Shown here: in pieces, positions 18,251 to 26,600 of the stretch
Numbering within the stretch: position 1 is the stretch's first letter
Layout of the letters: each line of letters begins with the position of its first letter
Assembly (NCBI GenBank): GCA_035559235.1
Contig: DATMBM010000016.1
Coordinates: 28,431-92,430 of the forward strand
Reading direction: 5' to 3'
DNA from: Minisyncoccota bacterium
GTDB lineage: Bacteria; Patescibacteriota; Minisyncoccia; Phycocordibacterales; UBA2100
DNA length: 64,000 bases
Made by a program: the position numbers and the translations under genes
The notes under the pieces: generated by a model
What the model was told of the DNA's origin: nothing
What the model saw: the letters and a program-made list of their open reading frames with translations, nothing else
Database searches by the model: none

Positions 18251-19303
18251 TTATGCATCACTCGCAAACGTCCGTTGCTCGCTCAAATCGCGGATGAGTT
18301 CCTGCAAGGTCGCGGCGACGGGAACGGAAAGGAGGATGCCCAAGAAGCCCGCCAGCTGCGCGCCGATAATGAGCCCCAAAATGACAAGGAGCGGCGGCAC
18401 GCCGACGACCTTCGTCACGACAAGCGGATAGATGAGGTGGTTTTCAAACTGCTGCAGGATGATATAGACGCCGATGACGACAAGTCCGAGGATGAGACCC
18501 CCGTCGGCAAATGCGATGAGAACGGCGGGCACAGCCGCGAGGGTCGGGCCGAACACGGGGATCAATTCGAAAAACGCGGCAAGCACGGCGAGAAGGAGCG
18601 CGTGCTTGATGCCGAGGATCGAGAGCGCGAGATAGACGAGAATGCCGATGATGACCCCGAGAAGCACTTGCCCCTGCATCCACAGGCCGATTTTCCGCTT
18701 CGAGCGCTCCCACAAATCCAGGACGTAGGCGCGGTACCGTTGCGGCGTGACCACGCGCAGGAAATCGTCGACGCCGGTCTCAGACATCGTGAAATAGAAC
18801 GAAAGGACGAGTATGAGGATGAACGAGAAGACGCCGCCGAAGAGCGTTGCGGCCGCGCCGGCGGCGCTTCCAAACGCGCCGCTCACCCGTAAGCTGTCGC
18901 GTGCCTGCGCGATCAAATCAGCCGGAGAGATGTTCGTCGGTGACGGCAGGCCGAGAATGTCGGCGTATTCGTTGTACGCGCCGAGCCGGTTGAGGAGATC
19001 GAGGTAACTTGGAAGCGCAGAAATGAAGCCCGTGAGTTCGTTCAAGACCGACGGCACGAAGACGTAAAAGAGGCCGCCGATGGAACTGAGCACGATGACG
19101 TAGAGAAGAATAACCGCAAGGATGCGTGGCATCCGCCAGCGCATAAAGGCACGCACCGCCGGATCCATCGCGGAGGCGATTACGACCGCCGTAAGCACGA
19201 TCAACACCAAATCGCGCAGGTACCAGACGAGCCACGCGCCCGCGAGGACGACCAGAGTCTTTACGATCGTGCCCGTCGTAATGGAGAATGTCTGCTCAGG
19301 CAT
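18251..19303 (-). CDS. AI-2E family transporter (PerM/YhhT-like permease)
   Basis: 350-aa polytopic membrane protein with the typical AI-2E family topology and motifs. Confidence 0.85.
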   Translation of the reverse strand: MPEQTFSITTGTIVKTLVVLAGAWLVWYLRDLVLIVLTAVVIASAMDPAVRAFMRWRMPRILAVILLYVIVLSSIGGLFYVFVPSVLNELTGFISALPSYLDLLNRLGAYNEYADILGLPSPTNISPADLIAQARDSLRVSGAFGSAAGAAATLFGGVFSFILILVLSFYFTMSETGVDDFLRVVTPQRYRAYVLDLWERSKRKIGLWMQGQVLLGVIIGILVYLALSILGIKHALLLAVLAAFFELIPVFGPTLAAVPAVLIAFADGGLILGLVVIGVYIILQQFENHLIYPLVVTKVVGVPPLLVILGLIIGAQLAGFLGILLSVPVAATLQELIRDLSEQRTFASDA

Positions 19304-19325
19304 ACTCCTATCGTATCATGTGAGA

Positions 19326-19408
19326 CGGGGTTGGGGCCCCGTCGCAAGATCGGAGCGCGTCGGCGCGAGGCGAGGTCGCGCACATTTTCAGCAGAAAATG
19401 ATGCGTGA
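19326..19408 (+). repeat. copy A of an ~83-bp structured repeat (ggggttggggccccg...gtcgcgcacattttcagcagaaaatgatgcgtgac), intergenic between the AI-2E transporter gene and glyQS
   Basis: ~90% identical to 23064-23146 in the same orientation. Contains a 7-bp hairpin cattttc-agca-gaaaatg. In copy B the stem is catcttc/gaagatg, a compensatory pair change. Confidence 0.7.
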
Positions 19409-19411
19409 CGA

Positions 19412-20725
19412 CTAACAGATGTATGAAGCGATGTCGGCTATTGGCACGCGTTCCTGCTCGCCCGAATCACGATCGCGCACGGTGACAATGTCTTTTTTGT
19501 CGTCACCGCCTTCACCGAGCGTGTCAAAATCAATGGTGATGCAGAACGGCGTCCCGATTTCGTCTTGCCGGCGATAGCGCTTCCCGATATTGCCGTTGTC
19601 GTCCCACATGATCTGCGGGATGTCTTTCTTGAGCATCTCGTAGACCTCGCGCGCTTTCGCGACCAAGTCCGGCTTGTTCTTAAGGAGCGGAAACACGGCG
19701 GCTTTTACCGGCGCAATCTCTTTCGGGAATGCGAGGTAGGTACGCGCCTCGCCGCCCATTTCATCCTCCTTGTACGCCGAGGCGAGAACCGCGAGGATAG
19801 TACGATCGACGCCAAACGACGGTTCGATGACGTGCGGCACGTATTTCTCGCCGCTTTCTTCATCCATAATCGACAGATCGACACCGGACATCCCCGCATG
19901 CGCCGTCAGGTCGAAATCAGTGCGGTACGCGAGGCCGTACAACTCTTTAACGCCAAAGGGATAGTCGAACTCAAAATCGATCGTTCGCTTGGAATAATGT
20001 GCGCGCTCGGTATCAGGTACTTCCAGCTCCGTTACCCTTTTGCCGTCGATGCCGACGCGCTCGATCCATGCATGCATGGCGTTGCGGAATTCCTCGAATT
20101 TCGCTTCCCAATCGCGCGGGTGCACGAAGTATTCGATTTCCATCTGCTCGAATTCACGCGAGCGGAAGACGAAATCGCGCGGTGCGATCTCGTTGCGGAA
20201 GGCTTTGCCGATTTGTCCGAGCCCAAACGGCATTTTCGGGTGTAGTGAATCGACAACGTTTTTGAAATTAACGAACATTCCTCCGGCCGTCTCCGGACGC
20301 AGATACGAAATTGATGATGCGTCTTCTGTCGCGCCGATGTGCGTCTTGAACATCATATTAAATTGCCGTGCCTCGCCGAGTTTTCCGCCGCATTCGGGGC
20401 ATGTTGTTTTGTCCTCCAGGTGATCTTCGCGAAATCGTCTCTTGCACTTTGTGCATTCCACCAACGGATCGGAAAAACCGCTCACGTGGCCCGAGGCCTC
20501 CCACACCTTCGGATGCATCAGGATGGCGGCGTCCATGCCGTACATATCATCGCGCTCCTGCACGAACATTCGCCACCAGAGGTTCTTGATGTTGTTCTTC
20601 AATTCGACGCCCATCGGGCCGTAGTCCCACGTGCCGGCGAGGCCGCCGTAAATTTCCGAGCCCTGGTAGATAAAACCGCGCCGCTTGGCGAGAGAGACAA
20701 TCTTTTCCATCGTTGCCTCGGACAT
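19412..20725 (-). CDS. glyQS: glycyl-tRNA synthetase, class II alpha2 type
   Basis: MEKIVSLAKRRGFIYQGSEIYGGLAGTWDYGPMGVELKNNI... is diagnostic of dimeric GlyRS. The likely start is the internal Met at 20725. Confidence 0.92.
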   Translation of the reverse strand: MSEATMEKIVSLAKRRGFIYQGSEIYGGLAGTWDYGPMGVELKNNIKNLWWRMFVQERDDMYGMDAAILMHPKVWEASGHVSGFSDPLVECTKCKRRFREDHLEDKTTCPECGGKLGEARQFNMMFKTHIGATEDASSISYLRPETAGGMFVNFKNVVDSLHPKMPFGLGQIGKAFRNEIAPRDFVFRSREFEQMEIEYFVHPRDWEAKFEEFRNAMHAWIERVGIDGKRVTELEVPDTERAHYSKRTIDFEFDYPFGVKELYGLAYRTDFDLTAHAGMSGVDLSIMDEESGEKYVPHVIEPSFGVDRTILAVLASAYKEDEMGGEARTYLAFPKEIAPVKAAVFPLLKNKPDLVAKAREVYEMLKKDIPQIMWDDNGNIGKRYRRQDEIGTPFCITIDFDTLGEGGDDKKDIVTVRDRDSGEQERVPIADIASYIC

Positions 20726-20791
20726 TCCGTGAGTGTACCTCAAAAGCGAAAATGACAAAATGTCCTTGTATTTCCAATCGTAAGAGCGAGC

Positions 20792-20883
20792 GCAGGTGTT
20801 TTTCAGGGTCTTCGCAGCGCCGACGGGCGCGAGACCGAGCGCTGGCGCAGCAGCGCCAGATGGCGACCCTGAAAAACACCTGC
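20792..20883. mobile_element. 92-bp MITE-like element: 19-bp perfect terminal inverted repeats (gcaggtgtttttcagggtc / gaccctgaaaaacacctgc) flanked by a 5-bp direct repeat CGAGC
   Basis: Read directly: TIRs at 20792-20810 and 20865-20883 are exact reverse complements. CGAGC sits at 20787-20791 and 20884-20888. Internal nested hairpins (gcgcc-gacg-ggcgc; ctggcgc-agca-gcgccag). It lies 7 bp after the stop of the upstream gene, in the glyQS leader. Confidence 0.5.
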
Positions 20884-20890
20884 CGAGCGA

Positions 20891-22924
20891 CTATTTCACA
20901 ACTGTCGCGTTTGCGGGCGTGAATCCTGGATCGGTGTTGATGTTCGTCGTGACGTCGGTGGCGCTGCGCGAGACCGTCTCCCCCGTCGCTTCGTCGATGC
21001 CGGTAAGCTGAATTGCGCGAATGAGGACCGGCTGCTGGCCAATTTGCGATGTGGAGGGCGTGATCGCGATATTGATGCCGAGCTGGCGCACCTGTATGCC
21101 CTCGGTCCCGGTGCCCGGCTCAATCGTCCCCAACCGCCACGTGAATGTGCCGTCGTTTTGGTTGAACGAGATGTCCGCGCTTGCGGGCGCAAAGATACCG
21201 GTCCAACGCACGTACGGCGGCAAAGCCGCCTTCACGACGGCATTCGTGATGCGGTTCGTGGTGTTGGTGACGCTCAGAACGATGCCGTAGGTCGTTTCTT
21301 CGCCGGCTTTCGGAGGGATAGGGCCGCTTGAGGAGAGTGGGTTCGAATAGTAGAGGCCCTGCGCAATGAGCTGCAGGTCGCTTGCGACACGGATCGTCTG
21401 CGAAGCGGTGGACTGCAGGGTCTCGGGCACATCGCGCTCCGCGATGCGCCGCCCGGCCGCCTGGACGCTTATCGTGACTTTCGGATCGCGCAGGCCGCGC
21501 AGTTCGTCGTTTGACGGCACTGAGAATGAAAAACTGACGGTCCCGCGCGCGCCCGGTGCGAGCGATGCGAGGGAACCATTCGTCGTCGACTTGTCCCACA
21601 AGACGACACGGTCGCTCGAGCGATAGAAGCCGTCGTTCGTGCGCACCGTCGTGCCGTCGATTTCAATGCCGCTCAACTGCGCAACGATGACCGCGTCGAT
21701 AATCGGCGTCGAGAGGTTGTTCTGCCACTGCACTGCGACGTTCACCGTCTCTCCCGGACCTGCAATCGCGCCGCTCGCCCCCTGGTCCTTGTTCACGTCG
21801 ATGGTGAGGCCGAGGAATGGATTCGAGACGGTGACGTGATGCGCGTAATCGGCAAGAACGGCATCAATTGCCGTTTTTTCCTCCGAGGTGCGCGTGCCGG
21901 CCGTAAAGCGAATGACGCGCTCATCTCCGCTTTCGCCCAGGACGCTGCCGCGCACCAAGACGCTCTTCTGCTGCCCCGGCGCAAGGTCGCCGAGCGCCCA
22001 CAAGTTCCGCGATCCCGCAACGGGCTGCGGGTCGGCGTGTGAAAGCGTAAAGCCGAACGGGAAATTGATATTGAGGAGCACATCCTTTACCGGCGCCTCC
22101 GCATTCGACGCGACAGTCGCCGTAAATTCAACCGGCTGCCCTGAAATTGTTTCGCTATTGCCTTCAATGGAGAGCGAGATCGGTGACGAGGAGAACATGA
22201 TCTGGTAGTCGGTCGAGGAGACGAAAATGGCGCTCGAGCCCGCAAGGCGATATTCGAGTTCAACCTTGACGGTCGCGCGCTCGCCTTCCTGCCCGGCAAA
22301 AACCGCCGAAATCGTGCCGCGCCGCTGTCCACCCGGCTCAATCGTGCCGAGCGATTCGCGCAAGTCGGGCAAGCTCGTCGTAAGATCATTGACCGAACGC
22401 GTACCCTTCGGAAATGTGACGACCAGGTCGGCAAGTTCAAGCGGCACGCGGTTGCGGTTTACGATTGCGATCTGCAATTTCGTGGGCGTGCCGCTTTGCA
22501 CCTGCAGCGGCCCTGAGACGACGATGTCGATATTGCCGGGAGAGGCGGGAACGCTCCCGCCGCCGAGAAAAAAGTAATACGCCAGAAAACCTCCCGCCCC
22601 CACTCCGAAGGCAACCCCGGCATAGATGAGCCACTGCACGAGCACGCGCATCACGTGCAACTTCTTTGGTGCGGCAATCGTGCCGGTAAACGGGCTGTCG
22701 TCGGGGTGCTGCCAGTCCTCGCCGATTGGCGGCGTCCCAGCCTCAAGTTCATGGCGCGGCTTCTCCTTGATGTTCGGTTCCAGCGCGCGGCTGTACATCG
22801 CGCGCCGCAGACGTTCTATCTTTTCCTTCTCATGGTCGCTCTCCACCTGCCCGTCTCGACTCGCGTCACGTGATGCGGGCGGCTCGACGCCCTCAAAAGG
22901 AACATGAGGTTTTTCCTCAGGCAT
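20891..22924 (-). CDS. large membrane-anchored surface protein with repeated Ig-like / DUF11-type beta domains (677 aa)
   Basis: Charged cytoplasmic N-terminus, one TM helix (VLVQWLIYAGVAFGVGAGGFLAYYFFL), then ~550 aa of beta-rich repeats. Confidence 0.65.
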   Translation of the reverse strand: MPEEKPHVPFEGVEPPASRDASRDGQVESDHEKEKIERLRRAMYSRALEPNIKEKPRHELEAGTPPIGEDWQHPDDSPFTGTIAAPKKLHVMRVLVQWLIYAGVAFGVGAGGFLAYYFFLGGGSVPASPGNIDIVVSGPLQVQSGTPTKLQIAIVNRNRVPLELADLVVTFPKGTRSVNDLTTSLPDLRESLGTIEPGGQRRGTISAVFAGQEGERATVKVELEYRLAGSSAIFVSSTDYQIMFSSSPISLSIEGNSETISGQPVEFTATVASNAEAPVKDVLLNINFPFGFTLSHADPQPVAGSRNLWALGDLAPGQQKSVLVRGSVLGESGDERVIRFTAGTRTSEEKTAIDAVLADYAHHVTVSNPFLGLTIDVNKDQGASGAIAGPGETVNVAVQWQNNLSTPIIDAVIVAQLSGIEIDGTTVRTNDGFYRSSDRVVLWDKSTTNGSLASLAPGARGTVSFSFSVPSNDELRGLRDPKVTISVQAAGRRIAERDVPETLQSTASQTIRVASDLQLIAQGLYYSNPLSSSGPIPPKAGEETTYGIVLSVTNTTNRITNAVVKAALPPYVRWTGIFAPASADISFNQNDGTFTWRLGTIEPGTGTEGIQVRQLGINIAITPSTSQIGQQPVLIRAIQLTGIDEATGETVSRSATDVTTNINTDPGFTPANATVVK

Positions 22925-22949
22925 TCGCGCATTTTACCACAGCCGTGAA

Positions 22950-23609
22950 CTAGAGATGCGTCTCTGAAATGGCCTTATTCACCGATGAAAGCAATTTTTG
23001 TCGGCCCGCCTCGACTTCTGAGAGTTCCGGCAGCCCGTATGCCGCGTGCGTGAAGAGTGAGGTGGGGTTGGGTCCCCGACGCAAGGCCGGAGCGCGACGG
23101 TGCGAGGCGGGGTCGCGCACATCTTCAGCAGAAGATGATGCGTGACCGTTGCCGAGCGCGTCTGCCGAAAGATAACCCAGCGCGTAAAGGATGCGCGCGA
23201 CGCAAAGCAGTTCGATCGTCGCCTGCGTCTCGCGCGGCGCTTCGAGAAGCGTGCGCCGTGCCTCAACAAGCGCCCGATATAGATATTCGTTTTTCTCCTC
23301 GCCCGCGATCAGGCGGTCCGCCAAATTCGCAATGCGCGCGAACACGGCCGCTGCCGCTTCCGGCATACTTGTTTCCGAAAGCGCCATCGCACCGACGACG
23401 CGCCAGCCGCTCACCCCGCGCACCAGCGCGACATTTGCTTGCGCGTAATTCTGGAGGGCATAGCGCATGCGTGACGATTCACGCCGCACCGCAGAGGCAC
23501 GCGCCCACACCAAGCCGAACGCTTCCGTGTAGAGCGCGAAAACGCGGTCGGCCTCTCCCCGCTCGTAACTGCGCAAGACAAGGGCTTCTGTTTGGTATTT
23601 CTGGTACAT
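22950..23609 (-). CDS. recO: DNA repair protein RecO (219 aa), carrying an in-frame copy of the ~83-bp repeat in its C-terminal region
   Basis: N-terminus MYQKYQTEALVLRSYERGEADRVFALYTEAFGLVWARASAVRR matches the RecO OB-fold domain. Repeat copy B (23064-23146) lies inside the ORF and is translated as ...GNGHASSSAEDVRDPASHRRAPALRRGPNPTS.... Confidence 0.8.
   Translation of the reverse strand: MYQKYQTEALVLRSYERGEADRVFALYTEAFGLVWARASAVRRESSRMRYALQNYAQANVALVRGVSGWRVVGAMALSETSMPEAAAAVFARIANLADRLIAGEEKNEYLYRALVEARRTLLEAPRETQATIELLCVARILYALGYLSADALGNGHASSSAEDVRDPASHRRAPALRRGPNPTSLFTHAAYGLPELSEVEAGRQKLLSSVNKAISETHL
23064..23146 (+). repeat. copy B of the ~83-bp structured repeat, embedded in-frame in recO
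   Basis: Aligned by eye to 19326-19408: ~74/83 identical. Hairpin preserved by compensatory T>C / A>G changes. Confidence 0.7.
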
Positions 23610-23611
23610 GG

Positions 23612-26600
23612 TTATTCGCGCGCGAGCTTCAATGCGACGTCGTAGTCGCCGATTTTCTGGCGCGTACCATGCACTGTACCAAAACCGATGGTCGCATGCG
23701 TCGTCTCGGCGATCGTGGTCTTGTTCCGCTCGATCAGTTCTTGTCCCTTCGGCGCATCAATCGTGAGCGTTACCGTATCGCGCGGATCGAGCCCCGCGTC
23801 CTTGCGAGCGCCCTGTATCGCGCGGATCAGCTCGCGTACGAAACCCTCTTCTTTCAGCTCTGCGGTGATTTCAGTATCCAATTGAATGTCTTCTGCGATA
23901 TCAGCCTGCTCGACTCCTTTTACATTCACCTCATCGCGAATGACTTCAAGCAGTTCGTCGGAGAGCCCCGCATGCTTGATGACGAGTTTTTTGAGCGGTT
24001 GGCGCACTTTGATGCCCGCCTTGTCGCGCGCCTCGAGCGCTTTTGAGACGATCGCGCGGACTTTCGCCATGTCCTCGAGGATTAGGTCTTGCTTGTGACC
24101 GCCAAAAAGTCTCGAGAAAAAACCAGTGCTGTGCGGCTCCGGCCACGACTCAAGGTGCACGCTTCCACCGCCTTCAATGCCGCGGTAGATGGAATCTGCG
24201 AGAAAAGGAGCAATCGGCGCCATAAGCTTCGCGAGCGTAAGCAGGACTTCCCGCTGCGTCGCAAGTGAATGGTGCTTGTCGTGCCATTCTCCCTTGACGC
24301 GCTCGCGCGAGCGACGCACGTACCACGTCGAATAATCGTCAACAAATTCACGGAGCGCGCGGCACGCACGCGGCGTGTCGTAGGCGTCCATCGCCTCGGT
24401 CACGTCCGCCGTCACTTCGTCGAGCCGCGCGAAGATCCACCGGTCAAGGACATGTTCGCTCGCGCGCGGCTTTGTGATGCCATCGTACTCCCGCTGGTAC
24501 AAATCAAAGAATTTGAACGTATTCCACAAAATGCCGATCACGCGATTGTGCGCGTCGCGCACGTCCTCGTCGCGGAACCGCAAATCTTCCGCCTGCATCA
24601 CTGGAGACGACATCAGATACAGGCGCAGTGCGTCGGAGCCGTAGCGGTCGACCAATTCCAAAGGGTCGGTGTAATTGCGCTTGGATTTCGAGATCTTCTC
24701 GCCATCCGCCGCAAGAATGGTGCCGGTTGAGACGACGGTGTGGAATGCAAGACGGTTGAACAGCAGGACTCCCATCGCGTGCATGTAGTAAAACCACGTG
24801 CGAGTCTGCGCAATGTATTCAGCAATGAAATCCCCGGGCGCGCGCTTTTCGAATTCGTCTTGGTTTTCAAACGGATAGTGGTATTCCGCGAAGGGCATCG
24901 AGCCGCTCTCCACCCAGCAGTCGACGACTTCCGGAATGCGGCGATATTCCTCACCGTCATCGCCAATAAGGACTAAATCGTCAATGTACGGCCGGTGCAG
25001 GTCGAGTTCGAATTCGGCATTCCACGGCATCGGGGCGAAATCGAATGCTTCCACCTTCCCCTTCTCCGGATACTCTGCGCTTCTCCGCATAACAGTTTCC
25101 TCCTTTGATAGGCCGCGCGCAGCTGATTTCAAAAGCCACAATGGCGTTCCGTGCGAGACGATCAAGATGTGTTCACCGTGGTGCGTTGCTTCCAGCTCAT
25201 GCATGAAGGCCATCATCCGCTTCTTGATGTCGGTGTAGGTTTCTCCGCCTTTTGGCGCTTTCGTAAAGCGATCCATCTTGTCCGGAAACGCCGCATGATA
25301 CTCCTCGAGTGTTTTGCCGCTGTATTCGCCGAACTGCGACTCGCCGATTCTCCCATCGACGACGACGCGGTCGTGCGGAATGCCGAGCGCTTCGGCAATG
25401 ATCTGAGCCGTCTCGCGCGTCCGCTTGAACGGTGACGCATATACGTATCCGATGTTCTTCTCGCGCAACTTTTCAGCCGCTTCGCGCACCTCTGCCTTGC
25501 CTTCTTCGGTAAGATGGATGTCCGCATCGACATCAGACGACACGATATCTTGCACATTGTTGTCGGCGCGTCCGTGGCGCATCACGAAATAGGTATTGCC
25601 GCTCTTTTTGACGCGCTGCCGTATCTCCTCAACCGATCCCACCACCATCACCTTTCCCTCTTTCGATTTCCAGATTGGCAAAGGCGAGGCCCAGAACCGA
25701 TTGCGCGAAATCGTCCAGTCCGGCGCATTCTCGACGATGTTGTAGAAACGGCCGTGCTTCAGATGGTCTGGCACCCAATTCACCTTCTCATTTTCGGAGA
25801 GCATCTTCGCTTTCACCTTCTGGATATTGATGAACCACGACGAGACGGCGTTGTAGATAAGGGGTGTGCCGCAGCGGTAGCAGTGCGGGTAGGAGTGCGT
25901 GTGATTTTCTCGTTTAAACAGGAGGCCGCGCTCCTGCAAATCGCGCTTGATGTCTTTCTCAGCGTCTTTTATGTATTTTCCGCGGATAAATTCCGGTACC
26001 TGATCGTTGTACGTGCCGTTCGGGTTCAGGAGCTGCACCATCGGAAGCCCTTCTTTTTGTCCGAGCACAAAGTCATCCTCGCCATACATCACCGCCGTGT
26101 GCACAATGCCGGTTCCCTCGTCGGTCGAGACGAATTCGGCCGCGTACACTTTGTATGACTTTTCTAATTTCAGCGCTGGCACCTCAAAGAGTGGCTCGTA
26201 TTCAAGACCAATCAGATTTTTGCCCGAAAATTCGTATCCTGAATTAGGATCACTGAGACCGAGCGCTGGCATCCGCTCTTTTGCGACCAAATAATATCTT
26301 CCCGGTTCGTATTGAACAGCACGATAACTTATGTCTGCACCCACAGCTAATGCCACGTTTCCAGGCAAGGTCCACGGAGTTGTTGTCCACGCGAGGAGAT
26401 GTACGTCCTGCCCAATACCGAGTTCAAATAATTTTGGAGTGGGTCTGACCTTGAACTTCACCGTCACCGCTTCCTCGGTGATATCTTCGTATGTATTGTC
26501 CTGAGCGATTTCCGCTTTCGCAAGCGGCGTCTCGCAATGCGGGCAATACATGAGGACTTTGCGCCCCTCGTAGAGCAAATCTTTCTCCCACAATTGCTTG

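Noticed and set aside
20726-20890. Possible T-box riboswitch leader for glyQS
   Set aside because: The reverse-complemented leader was checked for the T-box consensus (AATTAGGGTGGNACCGCG) and specifier-loop architecture; none was found. The structure is better explained as a TIR-bounded element.
20547-21011. Mirror ORFs beginning MFFRV on both strands (20796..21011 + and 20547..20879 -)
   Set aside because: Artefacts of the perfect 19-bp inverted repeats of the MITE-like element; they overlap glyQS and the surface-protein gene.
23057-24046. 329-aa plus-strand ORF overlapping recO and ileS
   Set aside because: Antisense to two well-supported genes, with Arg/Pro/Ala-rich composition. Its 5' end is generated by the repeat element.
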